Below, one piece after another: positions 28,894 through 41,217 of a stretch of 64,000 nucleotides of DNA. The notes beneath the pieces are model-generated. The model was given only the letters and a program-made list of their open reading frames with translations, ran no database searches and was not told the DNA's origin. The position numbers and the translations under genes were made by a program. The DNA comes from Pseudomonadaceae bacterium (GTDB lineage: Bacteria > Pseudomonadota > Alphaproteobacteria > UBA2136 > UBA6156). The first letter of the stretch is position 1; each line of letters opens with the position of its first letter. The DNA lies in assembly GCA_024236095.1 (NCBI GenBank), contig JACKLD010000012.1:214291-278290 (forward strand), in the 5' to 3' direction.

Positions 28894-29991
28894 ATGCCTA
28901 TTTTAACAGATGAACGCCAGAAGTATTTTGCTGATTATGGCGGTATTGCCTTGGGTTTAAATATTGCACAGGAGTCGGCAAACACCGTTCCCATGTTATT
29001 TACCCCGCCTCATCAATGTGTGGCGAAAGACGACATAGCAGCTGGAAATGTGGCGCTTGCTATGTTTCGGGGTAAGAAAGTTGTTTTAAAGGCGTCAACG
29101 GGTGATCGTGACTTTACCGAACATGCCAAACGCGGGGTTGGTACCTCTCGTAACCGTAAATCTTTGTTGGTTGATGTTGGAACTACTTGGGAGGCTGATG
29201 TTCTTCCACAGTTTGTAAATGAGTCGGGTGATGTACGCTCTATTGTTTTGCAAGAATTTGTAGCTTTGCCTGATAATGCCTACGCGATTGTACATGCAAA
29301 GGCCGATGAAATGCTGATTGAATTTACTGTGGATGGGGATCGCTTCTTACTTTTTGTTAATCATAGGAATGGGGCAACCTCCCTTGAAACAAGTCGTCAT
29401 GATGGGGATATGACCTCACTACATGGCCGAATTGACGTAAACCATTTTGCGGCGATGATGCGGGATATGTACAAGGTTGTAGGGTTTGATTTCAATATTG
29501 AATGTTTTATGAATCGTAGCTTAGTTTCAATCATTCAACTTCGCCCCGTGCCTCAAGATATACCCCACGATCCTTTAATCACGGCCAAGATTGCCCAACG
29601 TCTAGTATTGCCAACACAGCCCCCTTTGCATCATACGCGTTTTGTGTGTGGGCTGGTGGATAGCTATGGTGTTATCCAAACAAATGTAGAAGCGGCTCAT
29701 AATGTTGGGCAACCTGATACCATGTTGGTACTGCGAGATACCCCTGACTTGCCTTGGGAATATCCTTTTTTTGCCCAACGGGCAGCTTCCAGCCTAAGAA
29801 CAGTTTTTGTGGATGTTCACAGTGCTTCGACTTTATCTCATGATCCGACGGATTTACCTATGGACTTGGGTGTTCGAGAACATTACCGGCGTTTTGCCGC
29901 CCCACGTTTTCAAACAACCGAACTTGTTGGCCGAAATGTTGAAATCCTTATGGACGGGCACGAGGGAGTCATGGATGATCATGGCCGGTAA
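28894..29991 (+). CDS. Hypothetical protein (365 aa), unknown function
   Basis: Starts 1 nt after the MTase stop. No motif I can assign. Co-operonic with GT2, MTase and Nudix. Confidence 0.55.
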   Translation: MPILTDERQKYFADYGGIALGLNIAQESANTVPMLFTPPHQCVAKDDIAAGNVALAMFRGKKVVLKASTGDRDFTEHAKRGVGTSRNRKSLLVDVGTTWEADVLPQFVNESGDVRSIVLQEFVALPDNAYAIVHAKADEMLIEFTVDGDRFLLFVNHRNGATSLETSRHDGDMTSLHGRIDVNHFAAMMRDMYKVVGFDFNIECFMNRSLVSIIQLRPVPQDIPHDPLITAKIAQRLVLPTQPPLHHTRFVCGLVDSYGVIQTNVEAAHNVGQPDTMLVLRDTPDLPWEYPFFAQRAASSLRTVFVDVHSASTLSHDPTDLPMDLGVREHYRRFAAPRFQTTELVGRNVEILMDGHEGVMDDHGR

Positions 29992-30529
29992 ATCAAAATC
30001 AACGAAGATGAGAAAACGTATGACACAAGATCGTAACCGTACCGTGATGATTAAGGGTAAGCAGGTCAATTTCGTCTTTTTGGGTTCGGAGGCTAAAATT
30101 CCCTTTGATAAGGTGACAAGCGTATCAGTCATTCCTTTTACGAAGGTTGGGGATGTTGTGGCGGTGCGTAACCCACGCGGGATTGATATTCCTGGAGGGC
30201 ATGTGCAACAGGGTGAAACCTCCATTGAGCAAGTGGCTCACCGTGAAGTGGGTGAGGAAGCCTACGCCAAAATGGATTCGGTTGAAGTTGTTGATGTTAT
30301 TCAATCTGACTACTATGGTTCAGCACCCGACCAGCTTACTTACATGGTTATCATGATGGGGGAAGTAAGTGAATTAATGCCGTTTGAGGTTAATGATGAA
30401 ACCACAGAGCGTCAGATTATGCCCACACAAGATTTCCTTACCGCCTATTCGGGTGGAGATCGAGGTGATATGGAGGCCCTTTTAAAGGCTGCGATTGAGA
30501 AACGTGCTATGGGGATGGGGGGACGTTAA
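29975..30529 (+). CDS. NUDIX hydrolase
   Basis: Nudix box GGHVQQGETSIEQVAHREVGEEAYA. The start overlaps the upstream gene by 17 nt. Confidence 0.75.
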   Translation: MIMAGKSKSTKMRKRMTQDRNRTVMIKGKQVNFVFLGSEAKIPFDKVTSVSVIPFTKVGDVVAVRNPRGIDIPGGHVQQGETSIEQVAHREVGEEAYAKMDSVEVVDVIQSDYYGSAPDQLTYMVIMMGEVSELMPFEVNDETTERQIMPTQDFLTAYSGGDRGDMEALLKAAIEKRAMGMGGR

Positions 30530-30645
30530 CCCCAAACCCACCACCCCACCCCCAGCCCGAGGGCGAAGCCGTACAGCACCATAAACACATACACGATCAC
30601 CATTTCAGGCCGTCCGGGTGGGGGAATATGGGGTTCGGGAATCAT
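30526..30645 (-). CDS. Putative 39-aa hydrophobic peptide (single TM)
   Basis: MIPEPHIPPPGRPEMVIVYVFMVLYGFALGLGVGWWVWG. GGAGG lies 6 nt upstream of its ATG, which sits 2 nt after the stop of the upstream ORF, and its stop overlaps the Nudix stop by 4 nt. Could be spurious. Confidence 0.25.
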   Translation of the reverse strand: MIPEPHIPPPGRPEMVIVYVFMVLYGFALGLGVGWWVWG

Positions 30646-30646
30646 C

Positions 30647-31015
30647 CTACTTGCCTCCCTTTTTGGCTTCGGCCTTCAACTGTTCGTCCAGAGGGGTGAA
30701 TAACAAGCCGCACTTCTTGGCGATGCTGGCTTGTTCGATAGCCTCATATTCTCCCTTCAACTGGCGATACTCTGCCGCCTCGGGGCCATCTCCGCCTTCC
30801 AGAAAGAACAACGCTGGCCAGAACAACACCAACCCCACGCCCATCTGCCATGAGTCCGAACTGGCTTCGCTTTTGAGTTGTTGGTAAAGCTTGCTTGTCC
30901 GGCGGGTGATCCGGGTTTGCTCCATGCCAAGCTGCTGGCAGTCGTACTGCTGATACATCAATGGCGACACATCCGCCGCGATCATCTTGTCGGGATTGCT
31001 CGCACAAGCGGCCAA
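30647..31015 (-). CDS. Hypothetical protein with one hydrophobic segment
   Basis: 122-aa ORF between the island cargo and the integrase fragment. No recognisable domain. Confidence 0.35.
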   Translation of the reverse strand: MAACASNPDKMIAADVSPLMYQQYDCQQLGMEQTRITRRTSKLYQQLKSEASSDSWQMGVGLVLFWPALFFLEGGDGPEAAEYRQLKGEYEAIEQASIAKKCGLLFTPLDEQLKAEAKKGGK

Positions 31016-31023
31016 AAGACCCG

Positions 31024-31743
31024 CTATGGCGATTGTGAGGGGTTGGGGGTATGGGCATACAGCCGAGCCTCATTCCGTTCCAGCTTCCGCAAGAAGTCAG
31101 GCAATGCGCTGGCATCAAACGCCGCATAATGCCCTTTTGAGTAAGGTTTCAGGGCATCCCGATTCATGAACGTGGCAACCGGGTTGTGCTGCACCAATCC
31201 TTCCACAATGGCATACCGGAACACCTGCCCGCACATTTGCTTGAGCCGCCGGGCCACCTCATGGGCTTTCCGCTCTTCCACTTTCCTAATAGCCCCGATG
31301 ATATCCTGAACCGTCACATCCTTAATGGGCATGGCCCCAAACGCCGGGAAGATATCCCGCTCCAGTCGCCGCAGGTTGTAGCTGCCATGATTTTCCGTCC
31401 AGCCAGACACATTCTTGGCGTGCCATGCTCGAGCCACCACCTCAAACGTGGTTTCGCTTTCCAGTTTGGCTCGCGCTTTGTCTTTTCGTTTCTCAAGGGC
31501 CGGATCAACCTCCTGCGCTTTCATCTTCCGGGCGGCCATGGCCTTCTCCCGGGCCTCGGCCAACGTCACCAGCGGGTAACTGCCAAGGGCAAGTTTCTTT
31601 TCTTTCCCAAGATAGTAGTACTTCAGCTTCCAATGTTTGCCCCCGGCAGGAGACACCAACAGATACAACCCGTCAAAATCGGCCAGTTTATAAGGCTTTT
31701 CCTTGGGTTTCGCGGCTTGAATGGCCTTGTCGGTGAGGGGCAT
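31024..31743 (-). pseudogene. int: Truncated P4-type phage integrase (N-terminal DUF4102/SAM-like region only, 239 of about 400 aa)
   Basis: MPLTDKAIQAAKPKEKPYKLADFDGLYLLVSPAGGKHWKLKYY... is the standard P4-integrase N-terminus. The ORF ends before the catalytic R..HxxR..Y domain. It lies adjacent to the tRNA-Ser 3' end. Confidence 0.7.
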
Positions 31744-31908
31744 TTGGGGGCCTCCTGTTTTTTGATGGGGGCCTAATGGGTAAATTTGGCCCCTAAAAGT
31801 TCTGGCTAGGGGCGTTTTTTACCGGATGAAGCCGAACACAAAAGCAGGATAAACCCAAGTAATTCCGCCTGTCTAGTGAATTTCTCCGAATGTCGCTGAA
31901 TCAAATAA

Positions 31909-32002
<94 letters not shown>

Positions 32003-32157
32003 AGCTAGGACGGGCGGAACATGCCGCTTTAGCATCGCGCTGTCAATCCATTTTGCACGCTTGGGGCGCACCGTGCATCTTCCGTACAAATCTGCGGTTG
32101 GTACATGGTTCGGCAGCCCCCCATGACACCATCCCCAACCTCGGTTACAGTGCGGCC

Positions 32158-33000
32158 ATGAATGACTCCCCTACCCGTCCGGTTGTCGAAACCTTCATGC
32201 GCACCCTGCAAAACCGCGTCATCACCGCCTTCGAGGCGCAGGAGGACAGCGGCACCACCTTCACCCGCACCCCATGGCAGAAGGAGGCAAACGCTCCCAT
32301 GCAAGGCGGCGGCATTACGGCCACCATGAAGGCCACCGGCAGCAAAGCCGTATTTGAAAAAGTCGGCGTCAACTTCTCCTGCGTCCACGGACAATTCGCC
32401 CCGCAGTTTGCCAAGGAGATTCCCGGCGCGGCGGAAAGCGACGGCGCCTTCTGGGCCTGCGGTGTCAGCCTTGTGGCCCACATGGCCAACCCCCACGTGC
32501 CCGGCGTACACATGAATGTGCGGCGGATAGAAACCTCCAAAGGCTGGTTCGGCGGCGGCGCCGATCTCACCCCCGCCATCCCGTACGATGACGACACCGC
32601 CCACTTCCATGCAGCCTTGGCCAAACCCTGCCACGCCCATGGCCCCCACAGCCATGCCCGCTTCAAACAGTGGTGCGACGAATACTTCTTCTTGCCCCAC
32701 CGGGGCGAAGCCCGCGGCGTTGGCGGCATCTTTTTCGACTATTTGGAAGACGATTTCGACCACGGTTTCGCCTTGGTGCAAGGGGTGGGCGAGGCCTTTC
32801 TGGAGGCCTTCGTCCCGCTGGTGGAACGGCGCAAGCACACGCCTTACACTGCCGAACACAAACACGCGCAAAACCTCAAACGCGGCCGCTATGCCGAGTT
32901 CAACCTGCTGTATGACCGTGGCACCCGCTTCGGCCTACAAACCGGCGGCAACACCGAGGCCATCCTGATGAGCCTCCCCCCCACCGCCATTTGGGAGTGA
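32158..33000 (+). CDS. hemF: Oxygen-dependent coproporphyrinogen-III oxidase
   Basis: WQKEANAPMQGGGITATMKATGSKAVFEKVGVNFSCVHGQFAPQFA and the remaining HemF signature. The start is set at the internal ATG (MNDSPTRP). Confidence 0.9.
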   Translation: MNDSPTRPVVETFMRTLQNRVITAFEAQEDSGTTFTRTPWQKEANAPMQGGGITATMKATGSKAVFEKVGVNFSCVHGQFAPQFAKEIPGAAESDGAFWACGVSLVAHMANPHVPGVHMNVRRIETSKGWFGGGADLTPAIPYDDDTAHFHAALAKPCHAHGPHSHARFKQWCDEYFFLPHRGEARGVGGIFFDYLEDDFDHGFALVQGVGEAFLEAFVPLVERRKHTPYTAEHKHAQNLKRGRYAEFNLLYDRGTRFGLQTGGNTEAILMSLPPTAIWE

Positions 33001-33396
33001 CCGAATCCTCAAACCTACCGTGCCCCTGCTCATTTCTCCAAACCAGCCCAAAGCCCCCAGAGGAGGAGGACGCAAGGGGGAGGAGGTTCCCTCCTCCCCC
33101 TTGCCATCAAGAGTGAAGTTGGCCCACAGGGCCAAGTTGCCGCGCCCGTAGGGCTTTAGGCAACGGGGAAAGCGCCCGCCGTACCCCCACCGCCAACCTC
33201 AAGAAAGAACGCCCGCCTCCCCCATCAGGCTTCAAGCACTGCCTCCCCCACTTCCACATTGACAACCACGTCAAACACATGCACAAAGCACAGGCATTGT
33301 TCCGGAATCTCCGGCACCATGCTGCCATGTGGCAGAGCCGGTTAATTGGTTCAGGCTTCGCCGCTGGTAAACATGTAAAATACTGGACTCTCAAAA

Positions 33397-33605
33397 TGCC
33401 CAACGGCACTGTGAAATGGTTTAACGCCCAAAAGGGTTACGGCTTCATTCAACCGGAAGAAGGCGGCGCCGACATCTTCGTGCACATCACCGCCCTGCAG
33501 GAAGCTGGCCTTCAGCACCTCGACGACGGTCAAAAGCTCACCTACGACCTGGTGGAAGACCGCCGCGGCAAAACCGCCGCCGGCAACCTCAAGCTGGTCA
33601 ACTAA
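33397..33605 (+). CDS. cspA: Cold-shock protein (CspA family)
   Basis: MPNGTVKWFNAQKGYGFIQP...DIFVHITAL with RNP1/RNP2 motifs, preceded by about 280 nt of 5' UTR. Confidence 0.9.
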
Positions 33606-33623
33606 GGCTCATCGGCTTTATGC

Positions 33624-33655
33624 AAACCGCTCTCACAAGGGCGGTTTTTTGTTTT
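33624..33655 (+). terminator. Rho-independent terminator after cspA
   Basis: AAACCGCTCTCACAAGGGCGGTTTTTTGTTTT. Confidence 0.5.
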
Positions 33656-33690
33656 GCCGCAGGGGTAGCATTCCCGTTATAGTCACACCA

Positions 33691-35037
33691 ATGCAAGCAA
33701 TCCCCCCCCAGCGTGTCCTTGTTGTTGGCCAAGGTGGCCGTGAACACGCCCTGTGTCACACTCTCCACAAATCGCCTTATTGCAAAAAACTCTTCTGTGC
33801 CCCTGGAAACGGAGGCATATCGCAAATAGCAACCTGTTTACCCATAGACATGATGGACAACATGGCGATTGTGGATATATGTCACCAACATGGAATAACC
33901 TTTGTCATCATCGGCAATGACGCCCCTCTCGCAAATGGTGTGGTGGATGCCTTGATGGCCGAGGGAATTGATGTTTTCGGACCGACGCAGGCAGCGGCGC
34001 GTATTGAAAGCTCCAAGGTATTCATGAAGGATATGTGCGCGCAGGCTAACGTGCCGACCGGGCAATACCAGTTCTTTACCAATAGCGGTGACGCCGTGAC
34101 CCATGTCCGTAGGCACGGGGCTCCACTCGTCATAAAAGCCGATGGGCTGACAATGGGCAAAGGGGTCACACCCTGTGCAACAGTAAACGAGGCCATAGAA
34201 GCAATCCGGCAAACCATGGATCTCCGAACTTACGGCCCCGGTGGTACCAGCGTTATCATCGAAGAGTTTTTGGAAGGTGAAGAACTCAGCTTTTTTGCCA
34301 TACTCGATGGTACCGGTTGTATTGTTCCTCTCACCGCAGCCCAAGACCACAAACGCGCCTACGACGGCGATATCGGCCCCAACACAGGCGGCATGGGTGC
34401 ATATAGTCCCGTACCGTGGTTCACCGCTGCTCACCAACAGGAAGTCCTTGCCCATATTGTGATCCCGATTGACGCTGCACTCCGTGCCAACAATGCACCG
34501 TTTTGCGGTTTTCTCTATGTCGGTTTGATGAAAACCCCGTCCGGTTTTAGGGTAATCGAATTCAACGCCCGCTTTGGTGATCCGGAAGCTCAATGCATCT
34601 TGCCCCGTTTGACCTCTGACCTGTTGCCACTGCTCTGGCTGGCAGCAAAGGGGCAGTTGGCCAAGGCCAGCGCTCCCAACTTCAGCCCTGAAAGCTGCAT
34701 AACCGTCACCATGGCCACCAAAGGCTACCCCGGTCAGGTGGAAAATGGCTCACATGTTGGGGGCATATCGGCTGCGGCTTCTTTGCCCGGTTCTCTCGTA
34801 TTTCATGCAGCAACCTGCCTTACCCCCGAGGGGATATACACCGCGCACGGCGGGCGTGTTTTGAACATCACGGGACTCGGGCCGACATTGGATGACGCAC
34901 ACTACACCGCTTACCAAGCCGTCGCCAAAATCGACTGGCCGGAAGGATTCTATCGCCACGACATTGGCCACCGCGCACATAATTTAGAGTATTCTTCCCC
35001 CCCTACCGGCTCACATGCACCTCGGCATTCACGGTAA
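33691..35037 (+). CDS. purD: Phosphoribosylamine--glycine ligase
   Basis: RVLVVGQGGREHAL N-terminus with ATP-grasp motifs. It has a C-terminal extension of about 25 aa that overlaps the convergent gene, and its GC is lower than its neighbours. Confidence 0.9.
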   Translation: MQAIPPQRVLVVGQGGREHALCHTLHKSPYCKKLFCAPGNGGISQIATCLPIDMMDNMAIVDICHQHGITFVIIGNDAPLANGVVDALMAEGIDVFGPTQAAARIESSKVFMKDMCAQANVPTGQYQFFTNSGDAVTHVRRHGAPLVIKADGLTMGKGVTPCATVNEAIEAIRQTMDLRTYGPGGTSVIIEEFLEGEELSFFAILDGTGCIVPLTAAQDHKRAYDGDIGPNTGGMGAYSPVPWFTAAHQQEVLAHIVIPIDAALRANNAPFCGFLYVGLMKTPSGFRVIEFNARFGDPEAQCILPRLTSDLLPLLWLAAKGQLAKASAPNFSPESCITVTMATKGYPGQVENGSHVGGISAAASLPGSLVFHAATCLTPEGIYTAHGGRVLNITGLGPTLDDAHYTAYQAVAKIDWPEGFYRHDIGHRAHNLEYSSPPTGSHAPRHSR

Positions 35038-35791
35038 CGGTCACATCGCTTTCACCGGCTTCGCCCACCGGCTCGGGCATGGCTTCAGCCATATCGGCCT
35101 TCATCATTATCGCCCGCGCCATGTAGGGCTGCGGCTTGGGCATGTTGCCGCCGATATTCATGGTGGCCACCCGCACATTGCCCATCCCCAACTGTTTGGC
35201 GATGGCTTTGGCACGGGTCTGGATGGTCGCCAACGCCTCACTCACCAGCTCGTCCTTCACCGCATCAGATGCCTCGCGGGAGAGGTAGAAGTTCATCCCC
35301 TGCATGGCAAAGTCCTGCTGCTGCAAGGCTCCCGCCAGCTTCAGCACCGCATCCTTGTCGGCCCCGTCCAGCACCAGCGTTTGTTGGGCCGTCCAGTAAG
35401 CCTTCTTCTCGCGCTCATCCTTACCCAGCGGACGCACTTCCGGCGGATACTGCTTGTAAACGTTGTAATAGCCCGTACTGGCCTTCACCGCCGACACCTT
35501 CTTGGCCATGCCCAGCGCCGCCTGCATCTTGGCGTTCACCGCCGCTTGTGCTTCCGCTGCCGTCTTGCCGTCACGCTGAATATTCAAGTTCACCCGCACC
35601 CTGTCCTGCGTCACCACCTTGCGTGCGTCGGCACTCAGGTTCAGCACCGTCACATTACGCAGATACGCTGCCATGTCATCGTCAGCCCGCACCGGCGCCA
35701 CCGCACCCATGCTCATGCCGCCCGCCAACAAGGCTCCCGCCAGGGCATAGCTATAAAGGCTGTTATGGATTGTCATGGTCGATCCTTTCAT
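35003..35791 (-). CDS. SIMPL-domain (DUF541) periplasmic protein
   Basis: Signal peptide followed by a SIMPL-like body (VRVNLNIQRDGKTAAEAQAAVNAKMQAAL...). Confidence 0.7.
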   Translation of the reverse strand: MKGSTMTIHNSLYSYALAGALLAGGMSMGAVAPVRADDDMAAYLRNVTVLNLSADARKVVTQDRVRVNLNIQRDGKTAAEAQAAVNAKMQAALGMAKKVSAVKASTGYYNVYKQYPPEVRPLGKDEREKKAYWTAQQTLVLDGADKDAVLKLAGALQQQDFAMQGMNFYLSREASDAVKDELVSEALATIQTRAKAIAKQLGMGNVRVATMNIGGNMPKPQPYMARAIMMKADMAEAMPEPVGEAGESDVTVTVNAEVHVSR

Positions 35792-35807
35792 CTTGGGTGT
35801 GGGGTTA

Positions 35808-36542
35808 TTAGTTCAACTCATAATCCACGGTGGTCACCACGCGCAGAATCTTGTTCACCTGTTCGCTTTCGCCTTCAAAACCGTCACGGCCCAAAATCTG
35901 CACGCTGCCCTGCGTCGCACGGCGGATGCCCCCCACTTTGGCGCCACTGTCGGCGGCAAACTGTTCGGCGGCCTTGCGCGCCTCAGCGGTGGCGGCACTC
36001 ACCAGCTCTGGTTTCTTGTCGTTCAGCCGCGTGAACGCATAGTTGGGGCCCCAGCTGCTGGTCAAAATCACTCCCTGCCCCACCAGTTCGCCCAAGGCGT
36101 TCTTGGCCTTGGCAATGCCCTCCAGATTCCCCGTGCGCACCGTCACCCCGCCGTTGATGGTAAAACGCGGCCCGCCAGCCCCCCGATTGTAGCGGTCGGC
36201 ATCGCCGTCAACCACCGAAACATTCTGGTTTTCCACCTCGGCCCCTGCAATGCCGAAGTTGGCCAGAAACGCGCGAATCTGCCCCTGCTGCGCGGCAATT
36301 TCCCCCTGCACCGCCTTCAGGTCGTTGCCGCTGGCCGAGAGCCCCAAATTCCACGTCGCCAAATCAGCCACGGCAGGAAGCTCGGCCGCCCCACGCACCG
36401 TTACCACCCGATCGGCCAAGCGCACACTGGCAATCTGGCTACCCAACACATACGCCGCGCCCACCGCCAACAACCCGGCCAGCGCAACTCCCACCAATGT
36501 CCTGTCCATATCCTCCGGCCCTTTCTTCTTGCCCGCCAGCAT
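35808..36542 (-). CDS. SIMPL-domain (DUF541) protein, paralog
   Basis: TM/signal N-terminus (MDRTLVGVALAGLLAVGAAYVL) and a SIMPL-like body, in tandem with the previous gene. Start approximate (ATG near 36541-36543). Confidence 0.65.
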   Translation of the reverse strand: MLAGKKKGPEDMDRTLVGVALAGLLAVGAAYVLGSQIASVRLADRVVTVRGAAELPAVADLATWNLGLSASGNDLKAVQGEIAAQQGQIRAFLANFGIAGAEVENQNVSVVDGDADRYNRGAGGPRFTINGGVTVRTGNLEGIAKAKNALGELVGQGVILTSSWGPNYAFTRLNDKKPELVSAATAEARKAAEQFAADSGAKVGGIRRATQGSVQILGRDGFEGESEQVNKILRVVTTVDYELN

Positions 36543-36567
36543 AACGCAACATCCTGACAAGACGACA

Positions 36568-36596
36568 TAAAAAAACCACCCCGAAGGGTGGTTGTA
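36568..36596 (-). terminator. Rho-independent terminator of the 23S-5S operon
   Basis: On the minus strand CAACCACCCTTCGGGGTGGTTTTTTT lies immediately 3' of the 5S rRNA. Confidence 0.6.
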
Positions 36597-36645
36597 AGAT
36601 TCTGTAACATCCACAGGAAACCGCAACGCCTGAATCAGGAATCAA

Positions 36646-36760
36646 AACCTGGCAATGAGCTACTCTCGCGTGCCTTAAGACAAACTACCATCGCCGCTGG
36701 AGGGCTTCACGGCCGTGTTCGGAATGGGAACGGGTTTTTAACCTCCGCCAATGTCACCAG
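36646..36760 (-). rRNA. rrf: 5S ribosomal RNA
   Basis: Reverse complement ...CCGAACACGGCCGTGAAGCCCTCCAGCGGCGATGGTAGTTTGTCTTAAGGCACGCGAGAGTAGCTCATTGCCAGG matches the conserved 5S helices. Confidence 0.85.
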
Positions 36761-36861
36761 GAAACGATTCCCAACACAGGCGTTGCGTGTCAATAACTTC
36801 AAGAAACCAATTGCTTGCGTCAAGGTTGCTGCCGCGTTTCAGATCTGCGGTGCAAGGTAAA

Positions 36862-39585
<2,724 letters not shown>

Positions 39586-40040
39586 CGCCAAACGGGGGCA
39601 CCTTGCACGCGCAGATCCGAAACGCGGGCCAAAACCCGGCATTCTGTCGAATCCGCGAGAGCATACCTTGACGCCAACCGCACACAGGCCGAAACCCGTC
39701 TGCGTTTGGTCAATTTTGTTGCGTTAACATCTTGCGTCATCAAAGACAGCGGGTGGATTGCACGCTAGCGCAACCGGCCCGCAAGATGCCAACACGGCTA
39801 TCTTGGAGTTATTGACTTCCTATAAAATTGTCACAGAGCCGGTGCTTCGGCGGTTGCCCGCTTCCGCACCCAAGGCCGGTCGGGCAAATGCCCCCGCGCC
39901 GTGGAGTGGGGTATAGGTGACTCCCCACGCCCTGTCAACACTCTCACCCCAACTTTTTTCAACAATCTTTCGCCTCGCCTGCAACCTGTTTCATCACAAG
40001 GAAAAAGGGGGCCGCGGCCCCCTCTCCATAATCGCCCCCG

Positions 40041-40601
40041 TCAACGCACCCGGTCAGGCAACAGGCCCACCAGCAGCATCAGGGCACCGGCAACCATCAA
40101 CCCGACGCCCGTGCCCGACATCGCAGGCCACACCGCCGCAAACGCGCTGCCGTCAATGGCGCCCAGCGTCACCTTGCCGCCCAGCCAGCCGTCCAGCAGG
40201 CCGGAGGCCTTCCACCACGCGTGGCTAGACGCATAGGCCGCCGCGCCCAGCAAACCGCCCAGCACAAACCACAGGGCATCCTTGCGGCCGGTGGCCAGCG
40301 CCGTCCAGCCGGTGCCCGGGCAATAGCCCGCAAGAGCAAAACCGAGGCCCAACAAGGCACCACCAATCACCACACCGATATAGGTGGCCTTCACGCTCAT
40401 ATGACCCACATCCACCAAGCCGAGGCTCAACCCGGCCATCAGCAAGGTACTGGCCACCGCAATCGCCAACAGAATCACCTTGGCCAAATGCAGGTTGGAA
40501 AGCCGCAGCATCCCCATAATATAGTTCGGGTTGGTGGCCCCCACGCGGTCAAGCATGAAGCCGAACGCCACACCCAACACAACCGGAAGAATCATCTCCA
40601 T
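40041..40601 (-). CDS. YeeE/YedE-family sulfur-compound transporter subunit (DUF395/DUF6691-like)
   Basis: 186-aa polytopic membrane protein with a GYCPGTGW motif. Confidence 0.7.
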   Translation of the reverse strand: MEMILPVVLGVAFGFMLDRVGATNPNYIMGMLRLSNLHLAKVILLAIAVASTLLMAGLSLGLVDVGHMSVKATYIGVVIGGALLGLGFALAGYCPGTGWTALATGRKDALWFVLGGLLGAAAYASSHAWWKASGLLDGWLGGKVTLGAIDGSAFAAVWPAMSGTGVGLMVAGALMLLVGLLPDRVR

Positions 40602-40602
40602 C

Positions 40603-41160
40603 CTACTTCTCCTTCTTATACAGCATCAACGCGACAGGGATTCCCACGGCGAACGCGCTCACGGCAAACAGGTAGCCTGAAAGCGCGGTCTGCATCATCC
40701 CGCTCATCATGTGGCCGCTGGTGCAGCCTCCGGCCAGACGCGCGCCGTACAGCACGATAAACCCGCCGACAAACGCCCACGCATACCGCTTGGCCGTACT
40801 GTTCCCAAAGTTGGCACGCCACAACCCCGGCATGGCTTTCTCCGCCGCCGCAACACCGCCGCGCAAGCGGGCCGAAACAAACGCCCCCACCGCCATCGCC
40901 AACACAAACAGCACACCGTAGTTCAGCGGGTTGGCAATGGCCTTGGCCAGCTTGCCGCCGCTTTCGTCAAAGTAGGCATTGCTGCTGGCAAAGCCGCTTT
41001 TGGCCGTGGCATCGGCCACCGCGATGCTACCATCCAGCCAACTCCACAGCCAGCCAGACGCCACCGCAAACTCGGTGGAAACCCCCACCGGCTTGGCCAG
41101 CAGCACGGCGGCAAAAAATACCACCCCCAGCAACAGGCCCCCTTTCAACCATCCAAACAT
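40603..41160 (-). CDS. YeeE/YedE-family sulfur-compound transporter subunit
   Basis: 185-aa membrane protein with a GGCTSGHMMSGM motif (conserved Cys), separated from the downstream subunit by 1 nt. Confidence 0.7.
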   Translation of the reverse strand: MFGWLKGGLLLGVVFFAAVLLAKPVGVSTEFAVASGWLWSWLDGSIAVADATAKSGFASSNAYFDESGGKLAKAIANPLNYGVLFVLAMAVGAFVSARLRGGVAAAEKAMPGLWRANFGNSTAKRYAWAFVGGFIVLYGARLAGGCTSGHMMSGMMQTALSGYLFAVSAFAVGIPVALMLYKKEK

Positions 41161-41217
41161 AGACAGGCTCCTTTTGTTTTAGTATTATCTAAATCGAGAA
41201 TAAAGGATTCCACCCCC

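Noticed and set aside
33691-35037. Possible foreign origin of purD (locally lower GC)
   Set aside because: The gene is a complete, standard PurD in expected housekeeping context. The GC dip is modest and there are no mobility signatures. I only noted the C-terminal extension.
39586-40040. Search for a 16S rRNA and spacer tRNAs upstream of the 23S
   Set aside because: No 16S-like or tRNA-like sequence is present. This is reported as a finding (unlinked rrn) and not as a feature.
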